The position numbers and the translations under genes are program-made. From Betaproteobacteria bacterium (GTDB taxonomy: Bacteria; Pseudomonadota; Gammaproteobacteria; Burkholderiales; JAEUOS01), in assembly GCA_028292405.1 (NCBI GenBank), contig JAQGMJ010000028.1, forward strand, positions 48,676 through 112,675: a stretch of DNA of 64,000 nucleotides, read 5' to 3'. Position 1 is the first letter of the stretch, and every line of letters begins with the position of its first letter. This document shows positions 17,732 through 26,479 of the stretch, piece by piece. Under the pieces are notes generated by a model that made no database searches, was not told the DNA's origin, and saw only the letters and a program-made list of their open reading frames with translations.

Positions 17732-18742
17732 ATGCATCCACGTGTTGCCTCCATGCCGACAACCAGCCGCAGCGGGCTGGTGTTACGTTTCTCCACGCTG
17801 ATCGTCGGCAGCGCGCTTGCGCTGGGCGCCTTCCACGCGCGCGCGCAGGCTTATCCGGCCCAGCCGATACACTTCATCGTGCCCTATACCGCCGGCGGCG
17901 GGGTGGACGCGATCGCCCGCACCATCGGCCAGCGCCTGTCGGTGCGCCTGGGCCAGCCGGTGGTGATCGACAACCACGGCGGCGCGGCGGGCAACATCGG
18001 CAGCGAGCTGGCGGCGCGCGCCGCGCCGGACGGCTACACCATCATGATGGGCGCCGCCGCGCTGGCGATCAACGTCACGCTGTATCCCAAGCTCACCTTC
18101 GACCCGGTGAAGGACTTCGCGCCGATCACCCTGCTGGCGCGCACGCCGAACATACTCGCGCTCTATCCGCAGGTGCAGGCCAAGTCGGTGAAGGAATTGA
18201 TCGCGCTGGCTAAAAGCAAACCGGGCGCACTCAACTACGCCTCGGCCGGCAGCGGCACCACGCCGCACCTGGCGGGCGCGCTGTTTTGCCAGATGGCCGG
18301 CCTGAAGATGGTGCACGTGCCGTACAAGGGCTCGGGCCCGGCGGTGACGGGCCTGCTGGCGGGCGAGGTTGACCTGATGCTTTCCCCCGCGCTCACGGTG
18401 CTGCCGTATATCAAGGCGAACCGCCTGCGCGCGCTGGCGACCACCGGTGCCAAGCGCTCGGCGGCGTTCCCCGAATTGCCGACGGTGGCCGAGGCCGGCT
18501 TGCCGGGCTTCGAGGCTTCGCAGTGGTACGCGGTGCTGGCGCCCGCGCGCACGCCCAAACCGATCATCGAGCGCCTGAATGCCGAACTGGTGAAGGTGGT
18601 GCAATCGCCCGAGGTGCAGGCGCAGTTGCAGAACGAAGGCTCGGAGGCGGTGGGCAGCACGCCGGAAGAGCTGGGCCAGACCATGAAATCCGAAGTCACC
18701 AAATGGGCGGCGGCCATTCCCAAAGACGCCAAGGTCAACTAA
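17732..18742 (+). CDS. Bug/TctC substrate-binding protein
   Basis: YPAQPIHFIVPYTAGGGVD, PDGYTI, HVPYKGSGPA. Start uncertain. Confidence 0.92.
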   Translation: MHPRVASMPTTSRSGLVLRFSTLIVGSALALGAFHARAQAYPAQPIHFIVPYTAGGGVDAIARTIGQRLSVRLGQPVVIDNHGGAAGNIGSELAARAAPDGYTIMMGAAALAINVTLYPKLTFDPVKDFAPITLLARTPNILALYPQVQAKSVKELIALAKSKPGALNYASAGSGTTPHLAGALFCQMAGLKMVHVPYKGSGPAVTGLLAGEVDLMLSPALTVLPYIKANRLRALATTGAKRSAAFPELPTVAEAGLPGFEASQWYAVLAPARTPKPIIERLNAELVKVVQSPEVQAQLQNEGSEAVGSTPEELGQTMKSEVTKWAAAIPKDAKVN

Positions 18743-18762
18743 ATTCCGCGACAGGTCCCCAC

Positions 18763-19344
18763 ATGAGCATCGACGTCAACTTTGAACGTATCAAGCAGAG
18801 CATCACCAAGTGCGCCGAAGGCGTGCGCGACGGCCGCAAGGAGCCGATCCGCAAGCCGCGCGTCAAGCTTTCCATCGTCAAGGACCTGCAGGGTGAAGTA
18901 ACCGCCGGCAAGTTTGTCTACCGCACCGACGCCGCGCTGGATGCGGGCGGCTTTGCCGAACATCCGCGGCCGATGGACCTGCTGCTGGGCGGCCTGGCAA
19001 GCTGTCAGCAGATGTGGTGCCTGCGCTGGGCCGCGCTGGAAGGCATCGCACTGACGGAGTTGGCGATCGAGACCGAGTCGGTATTTTCCTGGCGCGGCGA
19101 ATACCTGGGCGAGATCGACTCCGGCATGCAGGAGCTGCATGTGTTCATCACCGTGGCAGGCGACGGCATGACGGCGCAAAAGGTCTGCGAGATGGCCGAC
19201 ACGGTAGCAATGCGTTGCCCGGTCTATGCCACCTTGCGCCACGCGGCGGTGGTCAAGGAAGTGCTCAAAGTGAGCGAGGCGCTGACCGTTGAGCGCGAAT
19301 GGCAACCAGGCAACGACACCGCGCGCGTCATTAGCGGCGTCTGA
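18763..19344 (+). CDS. OsmC/Ohr-like protein
   Basis: PRPMDLLLGGLASC and CPV, the two-Cys OsmC pattern. Confidence 0.82.
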   Translation: MSIDVNFERIKQSITKCAEGVRDGRKEPIRKPRVKLSIVKDLQGEVTAGKFVYRTDAALDAGGFAEHPRPMDLLLGGLASCQQMWCLRWAALEGIALTELAIETESVFSWRGEYLGEIDSGMQELHVFITVAGDGMTAQKVCEMADTVAMRCPVYATLRHAAVVKEVLKVSEALTVEREWQPGNDTARVISGV

Positions 19345-19354
19345 GGAAAAGCGC

Positions 19355-20080
19355 ATGGCAGACGCTGCAAGCGCCGGCACGGCGACTCCTCGGCCCTTGC
19401 GGGTATTTTGCGCCGGTGCCGCGCGCTCCGCCCTCGGCCAGTTGCCGCAGGCCTTCGAAAAGCGCTCGGGCATCGCCATCGAGTTCACCCTCGGCCCGGT
19501 CGGCGGGCTGGTGGAGAAACTTCGCGCCGGCGAGAAGGCCGATGTCGTGGTCCTGGGCCTGTTGCCGCTGGAAAAGCTCGCCGCCGAAGGCATGATGGTG
19601 GCCGGCACGATCAGGATCATCGGTGGCGTGGGCTTCGCGATCGCCCAGCGGCGCGGCGCGGCGCCGCTCGACGTCTCGACCGCCGACGCGCTGCGCAACG
19701 CCTTGCTGGCTGCGAAGAGCTTTGCCTATGGCGACCCGAGGACGGGCGACTCCAGCGGTGTGCACCTGGCCGGCGTGCTGGACCGCCTGGGTATCGCCGA
19801 GGCAATGCGCGACAAGGCCGTGCTCGAGCCCCTCGGGCTTGCGGTGGCTGAAGCGGTGGCAGCCGGGCGCGCGGAAATCGGCGCCTTGCAGACCAGCATC
19901 ATCCTGGCGCGCGACGACCTGCAACTTGCCGGCAGCCTGCCAGTAGAGTTCCAGCACACCACGATTTATGCAATGGCGCTGGCGCGGGACGCCCGCGCGG
20001 CGGCGACGGAATTCCTGGCTTGCCTGCAAAGCCCGGCAGCGCGGGCGCAGTTCCACGCAGCCGGCTTCGCGCCGGTCTGA
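19355..20080 (+). CDS. ModA-like solute-binding-fold protein without signal peptide
   Basis: LRVFCAGA, GEKADVVVL, YGDP..GDSSGVH, VAAGRAEIG. No hydrophobic leader. Confidence 0.85.
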   Translation: MADAASAGTATPRPLRVFCAGAARSALGQLPQAFEKRSGIAIEFTLGPVGGLVEKLRAGEKADVVVLGLLPLEKLAAEGMMVAGTIRIIGGVGFAIAQRRGAAPLDVSTADALRNALLAAKSFAYGDPRTGDSSGVHLAGVLDRLGIAEAMRDKAVLEPLGLAVAEAVAAGRAEIGALQTSIILARDDLQLAGSLPVEFQHTTIYAMALARDARAAATEFLACLQSPAARAQFHAAGFAPV

Positions 20081-20109
20081 GCCGCTTCACCGCGCGTTTA
20101 CCCGCGCGG

Positions 20110-22713
20110 CTATAGCCCGCGCAACTGCTGGCGCGCGCTGTCGGCGCCCCGCCCGGTGGGCGCGAGTTCCAGGTATTTTTCGTAGGCACGCTTCGCTTCG
20201 GCCTTCTTGTCCAGCTTGACGTAGACGTCGCCGAGGTTGAGATAGGCCACGGCGCGTTTCGGGTCGAGGACAATGGTCTTTTCGAACCATTGCGCGGCCA
20301 GCGGGTAGTGCTCCAGCCGGTAGTGCGCGTAGCCGAGATTGTTGACGGCAAGCGCGAAGTTGGGGTCGGCCTTCACGGCGGCTTCGAACTCGGCTTGCGC
20401 TTCGGCGTATTGCTTTTCGCGGAATAGCGCGGTGCCGCGGTCGTTGTGGGCGGAGGCGCTCATACTGCCGGCCGCGGGCAGCGGCGGCGCGGGCGGGACA
20501 GGCGGTGCGGCAGGTGCATTGCCGGCCTGCAGGCTAGCAAGCTCGGCGCGCAGCTTGGCATTGCGCTCGGCCTTGGCTGCGATGTCGCCCTTGAACTTGG
20601 CAATCTGGTCGGCGAGCCTGGCGGCTTCGTCGTCGAGCTGGGTGGATTCGCCGTTGAGGTATTCGCTGGCGTGGCCGGTTTCGAAAATCATGTCGCCACC
20701 CTCGCTGCCGACCAGGTTGCCGAAGGCCGGGGTCTGGCGCGACAGCGTGGAGACGATGGGTGAGACGTGGGCGGCGAGTTCGGAAGCGGTGATGATGCCG
20801 TCGCCATTGAGGTCGGCCTTGCCTTCCAGGCCCTGCAGCAAGGTCCAGGTGAAAATCGAATGGCCGTTGGGGCCGTTGTCGGCGACCTGCTCATCCGCCC
20901 CACCTGCGGTGAACATTTGCCTGGCGCCGCGCTTTGCCAACTCCCGCGCATAGACGTTGCCGTCGGCGCGGCCGCCGCCACGAGTGAGTGCCAGGCCGGA
21001 GTAGCAGGAGTCCATGACGAACAGCAGGTGCTTGGCGGGAATCGCCTCGGCGATGTCCTGCAACTGGGTCATGGAGATGGCTTGGGTAAAGTTGTCCGCG
21101 GCGGCGTCCACCGGGATGATGTAGCCGAGGTCGCGGCCCGAGGGCAGGCGGCGGGTGGCGCCGTGGCCGGCGAAGAAAACAAAAACCCTGTCCTCGCGTT
21201 TCACCCTGCGCGCGTCGGCCAGCGTGTTGCCAAGCGCGGCCATGATGTTTTCGCGCGTGGCCTGCTTGTTGGTCAGCAGGGTGACGTTGGGCTCCTTGAA
21301 GCCGTACTTTTGCACCAGCACGTCCTTGATCGAACCGGCGTCGTGGGTGGCGTAGCGCAGCTTGGGCCAGGCGTTGTAGTCGTCGATGCCGATGATGACG
21401 GCGTAGCTCTCGCGGTACAGCGGCTCGCTGGCCGGTGCCGGCACGGCGGCATTGTCGACCACCAGTTCCGTGCCGTTCCACGAGGCGAACTTGTAGCCCT
21501 TGGCGATCAGGTTGTCGAGCACCTGCGGCAAGGCTTCGACCGAGCGCGCATGAATGTCGTGGAACAGGATGATGCCGCGCCCCTCCTTCTCCACCTGGGC
21601 GATGACGCGCTTGGCGACGGAGTCGGAGACCGGGTCTTCCCAGTCCAGCGAGTCGATGTTCCACATCACCGAGCGCAGCTTGCGGTCGGCCAGTTCGGTG
21701 AGCACCAGCGGATTGCGCGCACCGTAGGGGGCGCGGAACATGGCGGTGCGGCCCGCGCCTTCGGGCACGGCGGCGGCGATGAGTTGCTGGGTGCTGTCGA
21801 TTTCTTCAGTCAGGCGCTTGTCGTCGAGCTTGGGCAGGAAGGCGTGGGAGTAGCTGTGGTTGGCAATGGCATGGCCGGCGGCGAGAATGCGCTTTTCCAC
21901 CGCTGCGTTTTGCGCGATCAGGGTGACCTTGCCATCCTTGGCCGTGCCGAGGTTCTTGCCGATCTGGAAAAACAGCGCCTTGATCTTGTAGCGCGCGAGG
22001 ATGGCGAGCAACTGGTCGGTATAGCGCGGGTGCGGACCGTCGTCGAAGGTGAGCAGCAGGGTCTTGGGCGGCAGGTTGCGGCCGCTGAGTTCGTTGGCGC
22101 GCGCTTCGGCTTCCTTTTGCGGTGTCTTGGAGGCGCCGCGGGTGTCGTTGGGCAGGTCTTCCTGCAGGGTTTTGAGGATGGCGTCGGCAGAATACTTGTC
22201 GCGCACCGAGTCGACGTAGGCGTCCCAGTTGCCGCGCTTGGCGGCGATGCCGCGCGCGGGCTCTTCGGCCATCGCGCTGGTGAGTTCGCGGGCGTAGCGT
22301 GCCTGGATGCGCGGGAACTCGGCTTGCAGGCGCGAAAGGCGCGGCGGGATTTGCGCGGGGTTGAGCGCGGCGGCCCAGTCTTCGAGGGTTTCGCGCAAGG
22401 TCAGGCGGTCGAGATCGAAAAGATCACCGCGCTCGACGTAATCGAAAAAGGCGTTGAGGGCCGCAGTATCGTTGCGGCGTGTGGCGTCGGCCAGCGCCTG
22501 CGACAACGCGGCGCTCTTGTCCTGCAGGCCGTGAAACAGAAACTGCCCGGCGACGGTGCGGGCCTGCTCGTCGCCGCCGCTCGCCTCGTGCAGGGCGAGG
22601 ATGCGGCGCTGGGTTTCCACCATGTCGCGCGCACCGCTGACCAGGGCTTGCGCCGATGCAGCGCCGCCGGCGATCAACAACAATACAAAACAACAGGCTT
22701 TCAGATACCGCAT
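20110..22713 (-). CDS. Exported polysaccharide deacetylase (CE4) - caspase (peptidase C14) - TPR fusion
   Basis: Signal peptide. CE4 motifs TFDDGP, HSYSH, FRAPYG, DSLDW, LFHD. C14 motifs VIIGIDDY, FAGHG, DSCYSG. Coiled coil and three TPRs at the C-terminus. Confidence 0.92.
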   Translation of the reverse strand: MRYLKACCFVLLLIAGGAASAQALVSGARDMVETQRRILALHEASGGDEQARTVAGQFLFHGLQDKSAALSQALADATRRNDTAALNAFFDYVERGDLFDLDRLTLRETLEDWAAALNPAQIPPRLSRLQAEFPRIQARYARELTSAMAEEPARGIAAKRGNWDAYVDSVRDKYSADAILKTLQEDLPNDTRGASKTPQKEAEARANELSGRNLPPKTLLLTFDDGPHPRYTDQLLAILARYKIKALFFQIGKNLGTAKDGKVTLIAQNAAVEKRILAAGHAIANHSYSHAFLPKLDDKRLTEEIDSTQQLIAAAVPEGAGRTAMFRAPYGARNPLVLTELADRKLRSVMWNIDSLDWEDPVSDSVAKRVIAQVEKEGRGIILFHDIHARSVEALPQVLDNLIAKGYKFASWNGTELVVDNAAVPAPASEPLYRESYAVIIGIDDYNAWPKLRYATHDAGSIKDVLVQKYGFKEPNVTLLTNKQATRENIMAALGNTLADARRVKREDRVFVFFAGHGATRRLPSGRDLGYIIPVDAAADNFTQAISMTQLQDIAEAIPAKHLLFVMDSCYSGLALTRGGGRADGNVYARELAKRGARQMFTAGGADEQVADNGPNGHSIFTWTLLQGLEGKADLNGDGIITASELAAHVSPIVSTLSRQTPAFGNLVGSEGGDMIFETGHASEYLNGESTQLDDEAARLADQIAKFKGDIAAKAERNAKLRAELASLQAGNAPAAPPVPPAPPLPAAGSMSASAHNDRGTALFREKQYAEAQAEFEAAVKADPNFALAVNNLGYAHYRLEHYPLAAQWFEKTIVLDPKRAVAYLNLGDVYVKLDKKAEAKRAYEKYLELAPTGRGADSARQQLRGL

Positions 22714-22744
22714 GAACTCTCCGGCGTAAGGCGCGCGCCGAAGT

Positions 22745-25066
22745 TTACTTCAGCGGGCCGAAGGCCGGCGGCGGCACGCGGCGGCGGCTGGCCGCCTCAT
22801 AGGCGGAGGCCACCTTGAGGATGATGTCTTCCCTGCCCGGCTCGGCGCGGAACACCAGTGAGAAGGGCAGGCCGGGCGCGGGGAGGGTGGTGGCGACGTC
22901 CGAATGCGCGTTGACGTAGCTCTTGCGGTCTTCGCTCAGCTTGAACACGGGGTCGTAGGCGGTGGTGATGTAGCCGGCGGGGATCAGCACTTCGGTCAGG
23001 CCGGCGTTGGGACCGTAGAAGGTCTCCGGGCTCATGTTGCCGAAAATGCCCGGCTGGTGGGCGCCGCCGATCAGCGCAGGCGGAAACGGGGTGTGCAGGC
23101 GCACCAGGGCATCGAGCTTGTTTTCGTGGAGCACCATCATGTCGACGCGGCGCAGGAGTTCGCGCAGCATGATGCGCTCGTTCACGCCCTGGCGGCCATC
23201 CAGCGGATTGCGTGGGTCGGTGGTCTCTTCCCAGTTCTTGAAGGCGGCGCGCTGGTCGTCGCCCCAGAATTTTGAGCGGGCGTTAAGCGCGGCGAAGTCG
23301 GTGAGGGTTTCGGTGTGGCCGCGTTCCTTCCAGTCGGCGGCGCGCCGCTTCAGGTATTGCGGGATGTGAAAGCGGAAGGTGGTAGCAAGCTTTTGTTCCT
23401 GGATGATGCCGATATCGAAATTCACCGGCGGCTCGATGCGACCGTCGGCGAGCTCGACCAGGTAGTCGATCGGCGCCATCTTGCCGCTGCCGAACACGCA
23501 GCCAGGTTCGAACTCGGTGGGGATGATGGCCGCGGCAAACTCCTTGAACAGGGGTTCGCCCTTCGCGTCGAGACGGAACAGCACGTCGGGCATGAACACC
23601 GGCAGCAGGCGCGCCAGGGCGCGGCGGAAATCGACCTGCATCAGTTCGACATCGGCGTCGCGCTGCCAATGGCGGTGCGAAGATTCGACCAGGGTGGCGC
23701 CAAGTTTTGCGCCGAGGATTTCCTTGATCTCGCGCGCGGCGGCGGTGACGATGGGCTGCTCCGACTTGTGGCCGGGCGGCACCGCCATCGACTCGCGCAC
23801 GATGCCGATGCGCATGCCCTTGAGCGTGGCGGAAGGAGACGCGGCATGCGCCGCGTAGCCTTCAGGCAGCACGGAGGAGCGCGGCACGGTGGTATAGACA
23901 TCGCGCGGATCGTAGTAGCCGTTTTCCGCGTCCTTCAGCGCATCCAATACCTTGGCGCAATCGGCGATGGCGCGGCAGTGGATGCCGGTGCGGTCGCAAT
24001 AGATGTCGGCGCCGATGGCGCCACCGTCGAAGCCGATCATCGCCTTGTGCGGCAGGAGCAGCGCCACCGCATTGTGATTCGACGGGCCGCGGCAGGAGGC
24101 GCGGGTTTCTTCGCCCAGGCTGGCCATCACCATGTTGGTGCTGACCGAGAGCGCCGAGCCGGAGCTGGAGCCGAGCGAGGCGGCGCGCGTGGTGTCGTAG
24201 GGGTTGGAGGGATTGCCGGCCCAGGTGCTGCGCTGATAGCCCAGCGTCGAAGGCAGTACCCGTTCGGGCAGGTTGCGCCCGCCGGGGTCGCCGGCACGGC
24301 CGTTGTACTCGGTGTTGACGGCCTTGGCGAAAATGATCGCGCCCTTTATGCGCAACTGGTCTACCAGGATGTGGTCACGCGCGGGAAAATCCATGTCGTA
24401 AGCCGCGTCGCCGCCGCCGGTGGAGCGCATGTCCTTGGTATCGAAGGGGTCCTTGAAGGAGAAGACGACGCCATACATCGGCATCTTTTCCAGATCAGGA
24501 TTGCGGCCGTATTGCGCATCGAGTTCGGCGGCGCGTTCCAGCGCGTCGGGCTGTTGGCGAAAGGCTTCGCAGGCGGGCGGCGCACCCTTGGGCAGGGAGC
24601 CAAGTGAAGGGTGGCGGTCGAAGTCTCCCTTGCAGGTAACGGAGCGCTCGCCGCGAATGTTCAGCGTACCGAGCGCGTTGACTTGGCCCGCGTTGGGAAT
24701 GCCGGCGATCATGCCGGACTGCTGGTGTACGGCGGGATCAGAGGCAGTCGCCTCCATGCGGCCGAATTCGAGTGACGGGCCTTGGTACTGGCCGAGCTGC
24801 GGCAGGAAGTCGGCGGCCTTGATGGTGGCGGTCGGGAACCGCAGCGGCTGCTTGCCGCGCACTACGCCTGGCGCCGGCGGCACGGCCGCGCCATCCTCGG
24901 TGATGAGCATGCTGGCGACACCGTTATAGGCGCGCACGCGGGCGATGTAGCGTTCCACTACCTGCACCAGCGTGATCTGCCCGGCCTTGATGGCCGCGTG
25001 CAGCTCGGCGATGGTGGCTTCTTCGAGTTGGAAGGGTTGGTCTTTCGGCTTGCTGAAGTCGCTCAT
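22745..25066 (-). CDS. Amidase-signature family enzyme (long form)
   Basis: LEEATIAELH, FKDPFDT, NPYD, GSSSGS, ETRASCRGP. Confidence 0.9.
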   Translation of the reverse strand: MSDFSKPKDQPFQLEEATIAELHAAIKAGQITLVQVVERYIARVRAYNGVASMLITEDGAAVPPAPGVVRGKQPLRFPTATIKAADFLPQLGQYQGPSLEFGRMEATASDPAVHQQSGMIAGIPNAGQVNALGTLNIRGERSVTCKGDFDRHPSLGSLPKGAPPACEAFRQQPDALERAAELDAQYGRNPDLEKMPMYGVVFSFKDPFDTKDMRSTGGGDAAYDMDFPARDHILVDQLRIKGAIIFAKAVNTEYNGRAGDPGGRNLPERVLPSTLGYQRSTWAGNPSNPYDTTRAASLGSSSGSALSVSTNMVMASLGEETRASCRGPSNHNAVALLLPHKAMIGFDGGAIGADIYCDRTGIHCRAIADCAKVLDALKDAENGYYDPRDVYTTVPRSSVLPEGYAAHAASPSATLKGMRIGIVRESMAVPPGHKSEQPIVTAAAREIKEILGAKLGATLVESSHRHWQRDADVELMQVDFRRALARLLPVFMPDVLFRLDAKGEPLFKEFAAAIIPTEFEPGCVFGSGKMAPIDYLVELADGRIEPPVNFDIGIIQEQKLATTFRFHIPQYLKRRAADWKERGHTETLTDFAALNARSKFWGDDQRAAFKNWEETTDPRNPLDGRQGVNERIMLRELLRRVDMMVLHENKLDALVRLHTPFPPALIGGAHQPGIFGNMSPETFYGPNAGLTEVLIPAGYITTAYDPVFKLSEDRKSYVNAHSDVATTLPAPGLPFSLVFRAEPGREDIILKVASAYEAASRRRVPPPAFGPLK

Positions 25067-25334
25067 GGAGGCCCTGGTCCGGCCAGGCTTGTTTGATCGG
25101 GGAAGCAAGAGCCTACCGCAGACCCGTGGAACCATCCCGGCGCGCCGCGGAATACCCGCTATAAGACCGCTCCGTTCGCTTGCAGGCAACGTCCGTGCGC
25201 CATCATGGCCCTCAGTGCGCCCGGCACTCGCTGAACGACCATCCTTTGGCCCGCTTCGTGCTTCCCTGGAGTGCTTCCTTTGGCCCGCTGCTCGGCCTTC
25301 GCTTTCGCGTCGCATCTTCCGGAAGGACTGTCAC

Positions 25335-26441
25335 ATGCACCAGCAAAATCGCCGCAACTTCCTCAAAGCCAGCGGCGCCGCCGCACTGGCCAGCGCCCTG
25401 CCCTTCGACTCCGCCCTGGCGGCCGGGGAGCCCCTGGTAGTCGGCTTTATCTATCCCGGCCCCGGCAATGACTATGGCTGGAACCAGGGTCATTCGCAAG
25501 CTGCTGCCAGGATCAAGAAGATGCCGGGCGTCAAGGTGCTGGAAGAGGAAAACGTGCCCGAAACCCAACAGGTGCAGCAGACCATGGAGGGCATGATCCG
25601 GCAGGACGGCGTCAAGCTGATTTTCGCCACTTCCTACGGCTATCTCGATCCGCACGTGCTGAAGATGGCGGAGAAATATCCCAAGGTGCGTTTCGTCTGG
25701 GCCGGGGTCTGGGGTCCCGGCAAGCGGCCGCCGAATGTGGGCAGCGTCTGGGGTTTCATCGACCAGCTCGGCTACCTGGGTGGCGTGGTGGCGGCGCAAA
25801 TGAGCAAGACCAAGAAGCTCGGCTGGGTCGCCGCCAAGCCGGTGCCGCAGGTGCTGATCGACATCAACGCCTTCACCCTGGGCGCGCGCTCGGTCGATCC
25901 CGCGATCACCACGCGCCTGATCTTCACCGGCGACTGGTGGCTGCCGGTCAAGGAGGCGGAGTCGGCCAACGCCCTGATGGATCAGGGCTGCGACGTGGTG
26001 GCTTGCGACAGCCAGTCGCCGCGCGTGGTGGTGGAAACCTCCGAAAAACGGGGCGTAATGACCCTGGGCTACCACGTGAATCAGGCGGACCTGGCGCCCA
26101 AGGGCTACCTCACCGGCATGGAATGGGACTGGGCCACGCCCTACGCCCTGCACATCAAGGCGATGCAGCAGAACAAGCCGATGGTCAACGTGATGCGCGG
26201 CGGCCTGAAGGAGGGCTTCGTCAAGGCCTCGCCCTTCGGTGTATCCGTCACCTCGGCGGTGAAGACCAAGGCAAACGAAATCAAGGCGCGCATGCTGGCG
26301 GGCAAGTACCCGATCTTCAAGGGCACGATCAAGGACAACAAGGGCAATGTCACCATTCCCGCGGGCGAGGTGCACGAGCAGCCCGACCCGGTGCTCGATG
26401 GCATGAACTACCTGGTCGATGGCGTTCAGGGCTCGATCTGA
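25335..26441 (+). CDS. BMP-family ABC substrate-binding protein with Tat signal
   Basis: NRRNFLK twin-arginine leader; VGFIYPGP.NDYGWNQGH, IFATSYGY. Confidence 0.9.
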   Translation: MHQQNRRNFLKASGAAALASALPFDSALAAGEPLVVGFIYPGPGNDYGWNQGHSQAAARIKKMPGVKVLEEENVPETQQVQQTMEGMIRQDGVKLIFATSYGYLDPHVLKMAEKYPKVRFVWAGVWGPGKRPPNVGSVWGFIDQLGYLGGVVAAQMSKTKKLGWVAAKPVPQVLIDINAFTLGARSVDPAITTRLIFTGDWWLPVKEAESANALMDQGCDVVACDSQSPRVVVETSEKRGVMTLGYHVNQADLAPKGYLTGMEWDWATPYALHIKAMQQNKPMVNVMRGGLKEGFVKASPFGVSVTSAVKTKANEIKARMLAGKYPIFKGTIKDNKGNVTIPAGEVHEQPDPVLDGMNYLVDGVQGSI

Positions 26442-26479
26442 CGCGCATAATTGCGACCGCCTTTGATCGAGGAGCGTCG

